64,000 nt of DNA, taken from the IMG/VR virus record IMGVR_UViG_3300029305_002733, positions 1-64,000 of that record. One strand, given 5' to 3'. A program made the position numbers and the translations under genes. The notes under the pieces were generated by a model that did no database searches, was not told the DNA's origin, and saw only the letters and a list, made by a program, of their open reading frames with translations. The first letter of the stretch is position 1. Every line of letters begins with the position of its first letter. The stretch is from a virus. Its lineage: Duplodnaviria > Caudoviricetes. Shown piece after piece: positions 41,780-51,900 of the stretch.

Positions 41780-43007
41780 ACAATTTATCTAAATCGTTAG
41801 TTAATGTTTTACCAAGTTTCTTAGCTGGCTGTAACTTTGCTTTATTAATTCTATCAATTCTAGTAGTTATACCGGATATATATTTCTCAAATTTATTTGC
41901 ATCATCAATACGAGAAAATACATATAATGTAATCAACATATCTACATAAGAATACTTTTTCATTCCATAATCAATATTTGACATAATTAAAGAGTTAAAC
42001 TTATTTTTAACTTTCTGCATTACTTCAAAGTACAATTGATTTTCATTTGTTCCTTCGGAGCCTTGACAGAAGAAATAATCTAACACCTTAATAAATTCTG
42101 ATCTAGATAACTTACCGCCGGTATTATTGATTTCTCCAAAAAGTCTAAAAGATGTATCCTTATTTAAATCTTGGGCAACTCTATTTGCTACACCATAAGA
42201 ATACATCGCCTTTTCATCAATTTTCTTCATTTCTGTCTTCTGGGATTCTTGATAAACAAAGTATTTCGCTTTGTCCTCAGAGAATTTTACAATTCGTAAC
42301 TCCCATGGATAGTTTACATCTGGATTCATATCTTTTTCACGACACATAGACACGTATCTGTGATAACCATCAGAAATATCAAAATACTTTAACGAACCTA
42401 TTACAAGTGCGCGTTGTTCTTTGTCATAATAAAAATCAAATTCTTCCGGAGGAATATTTAATGTAATAGCTGTAGGAATATACTCTTCTTTCTGTAAGCT
42501 TTTTCTAATTCCCGTAATTGTCTTTTCATTTTGAGTAATTTTCCATTGTTCACCATTTCGTGTCATTACTCGTGTTAACGCTCTCTGAGCATTGATATTG
42601 TAATTTATCATCTGCGCTCTTCTTAAGTCCATAAAGAAATTTGTATCCGTAGCACCAATCCATTGATCATCAGCTACCTGAATACATGGGATAACAAGAG
42701 GAAATTTTATTTCATCCTTTGGAAGCTTCATCTTTGAAAAATTTTCAATTTCAATTTCAGTAAAGAAACTCTCCAAGACATTCTTATCATTAGTAATTTG
42801 TATAATTCCGTCTAGTAAACAAAATAAAACATATTCGGTCTGCTCTGCAAGTTTAGCTCTAGCAATCATATCTGTTGCTGTGCCAGTCGGAATTTCGTAC
42901 TTCTCATACATGTAATCAACAACTTCGCTTGTTTTCTTTGCATTTAATGCAATCTTTTCACATTCATGTAACAAATACTTTTCTAATACTTCTCTATCTT
43001 TCTTCAT
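41763..43007 (-). CDS. YopQ-like protein with DGQHR/DndB-like (ParB-superfamily) motif
   Basis: INYNINAQR, PTAITLN, DISDGYHR; lies between recombinase and repressor-like genes. Confidence 0.7.
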   Translation of the reverse strand: MKKDREVLEKYLLHECEKIALNAKKTSEVVDYMYEKYEIPTGTATDMIARAKLAEQTEYVLFCLLDGIIQITNDKNVLESFFTEIEIENFSKMKLPKDEIKFPLVIPCIQVADDQWIGATDTNFFMDLRRAQMINYNINAQRALTRVMTRNGEQWKITQNEKTITGIRKSLQKEEYIPTAITLNIPPEEFDFYYDKEQRALVIGSLKYFDISDGYHRYVSMCREKDMNPDVNYPWELRIVKFSEDKAKYFVYQESQKTEMKKIDEKAMYSYGVANRVAQDLNKDTSFRLFGEINNTGGKLSRSEFIKVLDYFFCQGSEGTNENQLYFEVMQKVKNKFNSLIMSNIDYGMKKYSYVDMLITLYVFSRIDDANKFEKYISGITTRIDRINKAKLQPAKKLGKTLTNDLDKLFEEVQ

Positions 43008-43033
43008 AACGCAGAACCTCCTTCTCTTGTTTA

Positions 43034-43065
43034 ATATTACCATATACTTTTAATTTTGTCTAGTG
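43034..43065 (-). promoter_or_regulatory. promoter TAGACA-17-TAATAT with the operator motif overlapping the -35
   Basis: tgtcta 43057-43062, atatta 43034-43039, motif 43049-43065. Confidence 0.6.
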
Positions 43066-43085
43066 TTAGTTTAAACAAAAATATA

Positions 43086-44099
43086 TTATGATTTTCTTAT
43101 TGTAATTTTTGACATAATATTTGCCGCCTTTTGGCTGTTAACATCTTCTTGGCCTCGAATATAATTCTCAGTTACTTTTGGGCTACTATGTCCCATCATT
43201 TTTTGTACAAAATATACATCTTTTGTACTATCATATAACGCTGTTCCATAACTAGCTCTAAGTTTATGAGGAGTAATGTTCTTACCCTTAATGCCTTCTG
43301 CATATTTTTTTACAACTTTAGCAACGGCACCGGAACACATTCTTTCTCTTCGATTAGCTATAAATAATGCGCTTTCTTGTTTTCCTTTTAAAAGGATATC
43401 TCTTTTTTCAAGCCATTCATAAATATAAACCATTAATTCATCAGACAAATCGAAGGTTTTAATGTGGTCGCCTTTATCAATTACTAATAATTTTTGATTT
43501 TTAAAATCAATATTTTCTAAATCTAATTTGCATAACGCAGTACATCTAATTCCAGTATTAAGAAACAATAAAACAATAAGCAAATCTCGCTCTTTCCATT
43601 CCTTTTGTCTGTTTTTAGATCTTTCTGACCCGCTTCCCTTTTCAACCGCAGCAATGTACTTTTTAATTTCTTTAGTGTCCATCCAGCCTTTGTTTCTCTT
43701 TTCAATAGTTTCAGTACTTTCTTTAAACTGTGGTCGTTGTACATGTGCCATTGGGTTCGATTTATTTTTTTCACTAGCATACAAATATTCAGAGAATTTT
43801 TTCAATGCAGAATACATGGCAATCTGATAAGAGACAACGTTGTTTTCGTAATTATTCAGGAAGGAAGTATAATCATCAAGATTGACATCGGAAACATCTT
43901 TTTTATTCCAATCCATGAACTTAACAACAAAACGGATGTAATCGTATTTCGTATTTAAGGATGTACGAGTACCCATAAAATTCTTAAAACCAATCAAATA
44001 TGGCTTATCAGTGTTTTTGTTTATTAGATTATTAATTTTCTCATTCTTTTTTCTTTCAACAATTTCATTCCCGTTCATCTTACTTTCCCTCCTTGTCAA
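43086..44099 (-). CDS. tyrosine recombinase/integrase (YopP-like), catalytic residues intact
   Basis: NTGIR (R), DKG (K), HKLR (HxxR), MGHSS (H), TENY (Y); likely start ATG ~44078. Confidence 0.93.
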   Translation of the reverse strand: MTRRESKMNGNEIVERKKNEKINNLINKNTDKPYLIGFKNFMGTRTSLNTKYDYIRFVVKFMDWNKKDVSDVNLDDYTSFLNNYENNVVSYQIAMYSALKKFSEYLYASEKNKSNPMAHVQRPQFKESTETIEKRNKGWMDTKEIKKYIAAVEKGSGSERSKNRQKEWKERDLLIVLLFLNTGIRCTALCKLDLENIDFKNQKLLVIDKGDHIKTFDLSDELMVYIYEWLEKRDILLKGKQESALFIANRRERMCSGAVAKVVKKYAEGIKGKNITPHKLRASYGTALYDSTKDVYFVQKMMGHSSPKVTENYIRGQEDVNSQKAANIMSKITIRKS

Positions 44100-44105
44100 T
44101 TAATA

Positions 44106-45040
44106 TTAAACAATTTCGTTTAATAATTCAAGTATATCATCTGTTTTTTCAATAACATCTTCCATATTATTAATTGCACTTTCAGAATTATAAGCCCTTT
44201 CAGAATTCTGTAAGTTCTCAGGGATACAATCAAAATATGTCTGCTCATCATCTAAGATTTGTTGTAATTGGTCTCTTATTTTGTCAAATTTAGATATAAC
44301 TTCTTCTATTTGTTTTCTTCTTTCTTTATTCATCAACATCTTCCACCTTTTACAAATATTGCGCCAATATTCTTTGCATACTGGAACAATTCATCTTTTG
44401 TCATTCCACTATTCCCTTCATTGGCAAGATAATCACAACGCCAACGATTATATTTATCATCAGCTTCTAAATACTTTAAATTCTTTCTTGCATCTATACC
44501 GCATTCATATAGCCGAAATTTATATTTCGCATCTACATATACACTTCTATTATGTCTAATATCATTGCGAGGTACACTATAGTCTATAACGTTTTTATCA
44601 ACTTCAAGCAGCAAATTATCACTTACTCTTCTTTGAAAGTATTCCCATGGAAGAATACCAATTGTCGGATCTTTTCTTTTTTCTTTTGAAGAATAAGCAT
44701 ACCTGCCTTCTTTAATGGCTTTTTCCTTTTCCTTTTTATTATCTTCAGCCCAACTTAGCTCTTCCTGTTGTCGCTTCAATCGTTCTTCTTGACTATAGTT
44801 CCGGAGAATTTCGTTTGTCTTCATGTCTAAATCAACTTTATCTCCAGTTCGATAGTCTGTTACATGTTCTAAAATTCTATGATTGTTATCAATGCGACGT
44901 TGTTTTCCATGCCAATCTAAATAATATTTTTGATTTGCGTTCTTTGCATTTTGTTTACTTCTATTGTCTTCTATACCATTCTTACATGAATGAACAAATG
45001 CCCCGATCAAAAAAATAATAATCACAAATAGTCCCCACAT
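44106..45040 (-). CDS. two hypothetical ORFs: 44333-45040 (N-terminal TM anchor) and 44106-44333 (helical phage protein)
   Basis: Co-transcribed upstream of the recombinase; MNKERRKQI..IPENLQNSER pattern. Confidence 0.7.
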
Positions 45041-45106
45041 TTATTAAATTATCCTCCTTATAAACAAAATTATCTTGCATCAAAGTAGCAACACTCCTTT
45101 CATTTA

Positions 45107-45135
45107 ATTATATCTAGTTTACCAACAAATGTCAA
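45107..45135 (-). promoter_or_regulatory. perfect sigmaA promoter TTGACA-17-TATAAT with the operator motif overlapping the -10
   Basis: tgtcaa 45130-45135, attata 45107-45112, motif 45103-45119. Confidence 0.85.
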
Positions 45136-45143
45136 CTATAATT

Positions 45144-45863
45144 TTAATGTGCAGGGAAAATAACAGATTCATGTTCCTTCAGCTTAAAACAGCCTTCCTC
45201 GTTATAATGACAATGAGCACAATTACCCTTGCAGTAATAGCTACCATAATCAGGTGCCGTAGTAAAACCGTCTGTATACAACACATGACTTGTAGGAAGA
45301 TTATGTCTATTTTCCATCGGTGTATTTTTCCAAGCACTCATAATACAATGAACATTAGGTTCAAACTTATTTGTATCTAAGAAATCATTAACTGCTTCAT
45401 AAGTTTTAGTAAAAAATAAGATATCACATTTCGGATTTTCCCTTGCCACCTTGTTAATGAAAGGTAAATCTTCTGCTGTGATATCTCCACCAACGTTCAA
45501 TCTTAATGCTTGAACACAATGATATTTAATTCCACAATTTACTTCTTCCCAAAATCTACTAATATCCAACCGATGAACCGCAGAGTTTCTTGCACGATCA
45601 TTCTGTACTGCTGGCTGGAAACATACATTGATTACATCATAACATTCTTTTTTGCATTCTTTGCAATTATGGCCACAATCTGCGATAGGAATTAAACTTA
45701 CTGTATAAACATTTTTTCCGGTTTTAGAATTACCTTGCTGTAATTTAACATGTACATTTTCAATATCTTTTTCATACTCTTTACGTAATTCAACCATCTT
45801 CTGTACTCTACCCATAATTGTTTCTGTGCTAACATTCTTAATTTTCTTAGGTTCTAATCCCAT
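45144..45863 (-). CDS. Gp88-like Cys-cluster (radical-SAM-like) phage protein
   Basis: QGNSKTG, CGHNCKECKKECY, LRLNVGGDI, FFTK, CKGNCAHC. Confidence 0.75.
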   Translation of the reverse strand: MGLEPKKIKNVSTETIMGRVQKMVELRKEYEKDIENVHVKLQQGNSKTGKNVYTVSLIPIADCGHNCKECKKECYDVINVCFQPAVQNDRARNSAVHRLDISRFWEEVNCGIKYHCVQALRLNVGGDITAEDLPFINKVARENPKCDILFFTKTYEAVNDFLDTNKFEPNVHCIMSAWKNTPMENRHNLPTSHVLYTDGFTTAPDYGSYYCKGNCAHCHYNEEGCFKLKEHESVIFPAH

Positions 45864-45895
45864 TTTCCTCTACCTCTTTTCTTAAATTTGCGCAT

Positions 45896-45928
45896 AAAAA
45901 AGAGACATCAGATTTCTCTAATGTCTCT
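45896..45928 (-). terminator. strong intrinsic terminator closing the long early operon
   Basis: AGAGACAT-T-AGA-GAAA-TCT-G-ATGTCTCT then TTTTT. Confidence 0.8.
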
Positions 45929-46024
45929 CGGTGATCAAAGAATACTTTTATTCACATACGATAAACTTGTTTGTAAACCAGTTTACAAACAACTTCCTGT
46001 TGAATCAAATTTCACTTTTATTGG

Positions 46025-46783
46025 CTACGCTGCATTATAATTTTTATCATTTCTAATATCAACTTTATACTTGTATAATGCATTATACACTTGCTCAGGA
46101 ATTATTTCCTTATATTCATCTGCAACTTGCTTTATGTACTCTTCTTTTGCTTGGGCATATACTTCATAAGCATCCATAACTGTATCATAAACACCAAGCT
46201 CCCTTGTGTTGTATTTTGCCAAATAGCCATTCCCTTGCTGAACAATACCATTTGGTAATCCTCTGTTGTTTGATTTGTTCATGAAAATCATACTAATTCT
46301 TTGTGGTATTACTAAGCACCTATTAGGAGCATATACTTTGTTACCAGGATACAGAATGTCTTTATCTACATGAAGTCTCTCATTAACATCATATTTATGA
46401 GCTTCATACCAATCTGCAAAAGTGTGAAAACATTGCCATTCACTACATACGGTTGAAGTTCCATAGTATGCTGGATATTTTTCTTTTTCCTTTTCGCCAT
46501 AGCAACGAGCAATAATTTCATGCCATATATTATATGTCCTTGATGTTTTATCATCTACTTTTGTTGGATGATCTCCAAGACCAATATAACCAACACCATG
46601 TACAATCCTATCATAAGGATTTTTTACTACGCCTCTTTTAAAGTTTTGATATGTTTGATGCTCTTTGATGTAATGGAATTCGTCTAAAAATTCAACATCA
46701 ATATCTGCACTATTTTCATATCTAATAATTCTCATTGGCGTTCCTCTTGTGTTTCTATTTATTTCATATAATCTTTCGTTCAA
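46025..46783 (-). CDS. HNH-like homing-endonuclease-type protein, paralog 1
   Basis: GTPMRIIRY..DIDVEF, TYNIWHEIIARCY, VCSEW..F..W, HVDKDIL..NKVYAPNRCLVIP. Confidence 0.75.
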   Translation of the reverse strand: MNERLYEINRNTRGTPMRIIRYENSADIDVEFLDEFHYIKEHQTYQNFKRGVVKNPYDRIVHGVGYIGLGDHPTKVDDKTSRTYNIWHEIIARCYGEKEKEKYPAYYGTSTVCSEWQCFHTFADWYEAHKYDVNERLHVDKDILYPGNKVYAPNRCLVIPQRISMIFMNKSNNRGLPNGIVQQGNGYLAKYNTRELGVYDTVMDAYEVYAQAKEEYIKQVADEYKEIIPEQVYNALYKYKVDIRNDKNYNAA

Positions 46784-46828
46784 TACTTACTCCTTTCATA
46801 AAAGTCAATAACACTAGAATTTGGTAGA

Positions 46829-47578
46829 CTATGCTGCCATCAAATTCTTATCATTTCTAATATCTACTTTGTATCTAAGCATAGCTTCATAAACATGTTC
46901 TGGTATCATATCTTTGTATTCTTCAGCTACTTGCTTAATATGATTCTCTTTTGCATTAGCATATGCTGAGTATGCACCTTCTAAAGAATCAAATATACCA
47001 AGTTCTACAAGATTGTATCTCGAAGAATATCCATCTCCCACCTGCATAACTCCATTCGGCAATCCTCTTTTATTCTCTTTATTGGTAAAGAGCATATTAA
47101 TTCTCTGAGGAACTAATAAACAAGTGTATGGAGAATAGATTTTATTTCCCGGATAAAGAATATCCTTGTCCAAATGCAATCTGCCTTCGCATTCATACTT
47201 ATTTGCATCAAACCAATCAGCAAATGTCTGATAACATTTCCAATCTTCACAAACGGTACAAACATCATAATAAGCTTCGTAAATGTCTGAACGTCCTTCT
47301 TCGTAGCATCTGCCAATCATATCGTGCCATGCATTATATGTACGCACTCTTTTATTATTAATCTTTGTTTGGTGTTTTCCTACGCCTAAATACCCGATCC
47401 CGTATACAGACTTATCATATGGATTTTTCATATTGCCCTTTTTAAAATTCTGATATACTGCATGTCTTACGACATAATTATGATCATCCATGAACATAAC
47501 ATCAATATCAGAACTACTTCCATAACGGATAATTTTCATTGGCGTACCATATCTATTGTAATTTATTTCTCCTAACAA
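46829..47578 (-). CDS. HNH-like homing-endonuclease-type protein, paralog 2
   Basis: Same motifs as the neighbour over the full length; shared upstream TTTTATGAAAGGAGT and C-terminal YKVDIRNDKN..AA. Confidence 0.75.
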   Translation of the reverse strand: MLGEINYNRYGTPMKIIRYGSSSDIDVMFMDDHNYVVRHAVYQNFKKGNMKNPYDKSVYGIGYLGVGKHQTKINNKRVRTYNAWHDMIGRCYEEGRSDIYEAYYDVCTVCEDWKCYQTFADWFDANKYECEGRLHLDKDILYPGNKIYSPYTCLLVPQRINMLFTNKENKRGLPNGVMQVGDGYSSRYNLVELGIFDSLEGAYSAYANAKENHIKQVAEEYKDMIPEHVYEAMLRYKVDIRNDKNLMAA

Positions 47579-47622
47579 TACAAACTCCTTTCATAAAATT
47601 AAAAGTGAAGGAAATCAGCCTT

Positions 47623-48703
47623 CTATCTTACCTCGTTTAATACCTCTTGATAGTATCCATAAGAATCATTTTTCCACAACTTCTCTGCTTCTTTAACTTT
47701 CTCCATAGTTTCCGGTGTAGGATAGCCAAGAATTTCTCCAGCTAAAAATCCCTTACAATAATCGTCCCACATATGATCGCTGACAGAAATAGTTTCATCA
47801 CAAATTCCATCTACTGTTTCATCCATAATTTCATAGAATGCAAAATTAATATCACAACCATTATCTTCTGCGTAATCAACTATGATTTTAGCAAATGTTG
47901 CACAATCTTCACTGCCAGTCCATTCACTAACTCTGTCATCATCTCTCTCATTTAATTCCATATCAAAGTAATAACCTACTTCCATTGCCTTTTTAAAAAT
48001 ATTATTCATATCATATACCTCCTAATCAAACCATTCTTCTATTTCATTCTACTAAGAATTTCTGTCTTCAATTTATCTACCTTAATCTGTAATTTATCAA
48101 CTTCATCGAGTTTATTCTGTTCTGTTTTAATACTCATCCAGATTAAAGCCTTTTCTAATTCATTCAATAATTCTTCGTTTGATTTGTCTTTCATTACTAC
48201 CTCCAACTTACGTACTAACTTGCGTATTATCTTACTTTTACTAATTTGTAAAACTTTGTTTCGTCACCGCCACTAGAAAGCAATCTGTAAAACAACTGTT
48301 CTGCCGGAACCAAACTATTAAATTCATAAGTCGCTGGCATCTTCCACATTGTTTTCATTCTGTTGGTAATATACACCTTATCACCATTGCAATATAATTC
48401 TTTTGCTTCTTCTTCTGAAATCTCTATGTATTTATCCATATCATTCACCTCTACCAAATTAATCTTTTATTCAACCTCAATAACAATTTTAACACCATAT
48501 CCAGTATCTTTAGGCATAGCATATATATATGTAATTTCCATGTCTAAAATATCTTCAATATCAGAATGGTTCGCTTCTTCGAATTCATCACCTTCGGCAT
48601 GAATTTGATATTCTTCAATAATATCATCATACTCCTTAATTTGATACCCACCTTGAATTCTAATTCCCTGGTCTAATAAATCTCTAATACTCATATTTAC
48701 CAC
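47623..48703 (-). CDS. small hypothetical ORFs (47623-48009, ~48039-48194, 48227-~48439, 48467-~48694)
   Basis: SD-led ORFs, several bounded by 7-6-7 sites. Confidence 0.65.
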
Positions 48704-48768
48704 CTCTCATCATATCACATTTTTCGAGCTATTTCCATATTTTTCTGGAAAGCAAATCCGTATTTTAT

Positions 48769-48972
48769 TTACACTAAATTGTGTTCCTTGCACAATCTAC
48801 GCCAAACCATCGGGTTTAACTTACCATTAGTGTTAATGATAACTCTATCACCATTACTATTAACATAATGCCTATGGGAACTTGCTGTCTTTCTGTTCTT
48901 ATCCCACTGATAACCATTCTTCCGTAAAATCTTTTCTGCATTTCGCCAATCAATCTGCTTGTAACTACACAT
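48769..48972 (-). CDS. HicA/YcfA-like small protein (putative mRNA interferase), no HicB
   Basis: AEKILRKNGY..SSHRHY..GDRVII..L..MVWRRLCKE fits the HicA dsRBD-like pattern. Confidence 0.6.
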   Translation of the reverse strand: MCSYKQIDWRNAEKILRKNGYQWDKNRKTASSHRHYVNSNGDRVIINTNGKLNPMVWRRLCKEHNLV

Positions 48973-48979
48973 ACATACC

Positions 48980-51900
48980 TCCTATTTATCTTTCTGTAAC
49001 AATTACTTCATCAATAAAATAATTACATCCAAACTTATCTCGTGCGATCTTCTCCGCTTCTTCTGGACTGCTTGCCTCAATAAAATATTCATCACTCATT
49101 AAAAGTTTTACATCATATGTTTTCTTTTCAATATTTTGATTCGACATAATCTCAACCTCCTACCAAAACTTAAATTCTTCATTTGCTTTTTCAATAAGAT
49201 CTACGTGAATTGCCTTAAAATCTGTTGTATATTCCTTACATGCATTGATATGATTTTCTATATACTCTCCAAGTTCCTTCATGAAATCATCAATACTCAT
49301 ATTCTGTACCGGCTTATCCCAGCAGAAGCTGCATGAATCAGCATAATCGTATGGATATTCTTCATAATTCTTTTTATAACTATACCCATATCCACTATCA
49401 ACACCGCCAACATATAAATCAAACCACAATCTGTTTCCCCAATTCAAGATATCAAAGCAAAGATTGCCAACTCTTGCAGATCCTATGTATTCAGCTTCAC
49501 CATCTTCATCAGTGTACTCATGCTGATGTTTCTTATAATCTTCAAATTCTTTTTCCATTAAGAACCATTTAATTTCCATCTAATCATCTCCTATTCCATA
49601 TCTAAAATTGCATTATACTTGTTAGCATATTCATAGAAATCTTCCGTATCATCTGCCGTATAGTTACCCATAAAATCCTCATATGTCTTCCATTCACAAT
49701 CGGAATCTTTAACACACTCATCAAAATACTGCCTGGTAAAATCTACTGTTACCTCAATATCAGTCAGATTACTATCGTCATCATGTTCCTTAATTGTATC
49801 TTTGTAAACAGTAACCCATACTGTGTCAAGATTATGTAACTCTTCCAATGTATCACACATCGCGGCCTTCAGCTTGTCCTGCCAGTCGGCCTTGTCAAAA
49901 TCAATTTCATAATGAACAAATGAGTTGTAATCGGTTTCCATGTGATCGGTTTCAGGATTAATTTCTGTTTTGTATATTGCGCAACAATTTTCACCGGAGT
50001 CAATACAGAAGTTATACTCAACACCAATGTCGTTCAGCCAAACAAATGCTGCGCCCCACTCGTCGGTTTCAATATCTTTATAAGATTCATCTATATTACA
50101 TTCAAATTCATACATAATATCTACCTCCTATCTATTTACGCCAAGTGTTTTCAAAACCTCATCTGCTTTATCATCTTCAAAATTTTCAATATGATTTACT
50201 AAATCATTTAATAACTCAATCGCCTTTTCGCAGCACATAATATCCTGAATCCAAGGATCTTCAGATTCATCTGTATAAGCCCCATCATACTCTTTATCAA
50301 GCTTTCCTTCATACGACTCTTTACCATATTCAATCAGACTTTCTAAATTAGAAATAACAGCCTCCAGCTTTACATTCTTTTTCTCTTCATTAATCCATTC
50401 TCTAACGGTCATATTAACTACCTCGCTTTTATCTTTATTTGTGCTTTATGTTATTCATCACCCAACAATTTAATTTTATTTAGTTTTCAGTAGTCTTTGG
50501 AGTAATAAAACCTGTCCATCTCTTTCTTAAGAAATTTAAATAACCTTCAATACTTCCATCTTCATATGCATAAAAAGCATCTTCGTCATAACACCACCAA
50601 ATAATTACTTCGTGGCCACTTGTTACATGACTAAACGTTGTATTGATATTATCTTTCACGGTCTTTTCTCCAGCACCGTTCTTAATTGCTTTTAAGTACA
50701 GATATCTTTGAAGATTTTCTAAATCTCGATCTGTCTGAACATCAAAAATCTCAACTGGACTATCATCACAACCTTCATCTAACATAGCATAAACACTAAG
50801 ATAATTGGTATGCAACTTTTTAAGCTGCTTGCTTACTGCAAATAAAGCAGACTCTTCATATTTCTTACATTCTTCTTCATTTCGGAATACTGTTCCATCC
50901 TCTGCAATATATTCAACTCTTACCACCTGCTCAACTGTTTTCTTAATTTCGTTTGTTCTCATAATTTAAATCCTCACTTTCTTTTAATATTAGTTCTGTT
51001 CGTTTCTATTATAATGTTCTATATCCTTCCAAGATGCAGTAACAGTTGCACCCAATACCGGATAATCATATGTTCTCTCAATTGTATCTGCAAATGCCTC
51101 TACTATTGTATCATCGTAATTATCTTCCACCTCAATATCCATTGAAACCTGTATGATCATACTTTTTACCTCCATTCAAACGTCTCTTTGGGTTACACAT
51201 AATATCCAACCGGTGTATCCATTGTTAATTCATCTTCCATTTTGGTGATTTTGACAAATCTACCATACCAATTATTTGCTATTTCAAACGCCTCTTCTTC
51301 TGTAACGTCACCAATATAATCGTTACCTCGAACATCATATGCACCATCAAAATCTTCTTCACTCATAGCTAAATATTCTTCTAATGAAAAGTCCATGCCA
51401 TCGGAATACTCTACAACTCGGTAAGTCAGAGTTTTATCTTCTTCGCCATGTTCGTTATATCCAGGGTCTCCGTTGGTATAAATATACCCACTAAAAGCAA
51501 TTCGTTTTTTCCCATCCTGTTCATATATAGAGTAAAAATCACCTGCATTAAGCACTTCATCAATTGTTTTAAACAACATAATCATTTCCACCTTTCATCA
51601 AACGTCCATTTTATTCCAAAGGTATCCAACTAGAACATTCATCATTTCCATTTGTGATACCTGCATATTTCATGCAAACACCCTTGTTCTTATAAGAATA
51701 ATCTCTTTCCCAACGGTTGCATGTTTCACATCTCTGTTCACAAGGTTCCTCTTCTTCCCAAGCATCATCATTTACACACTCAACCTCGTACTCTACTTCT
51801 ACTGGTAACTCCTTTAATGCATTTTGAATTGTTGCCCAAGCTTTATCATAAGCTTCGTCAACACTTTCAGCTTCCTCATAAAAGGTTCCCTCTGTTAAAT

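Noticed and set aside
44106-45040. Arbitrium aimR/aimP upstream of the recombinase trio
   Set aside because: No TPR-receptor-sized ORF or short signal-peptide pre-peptide is recognisable in the window.
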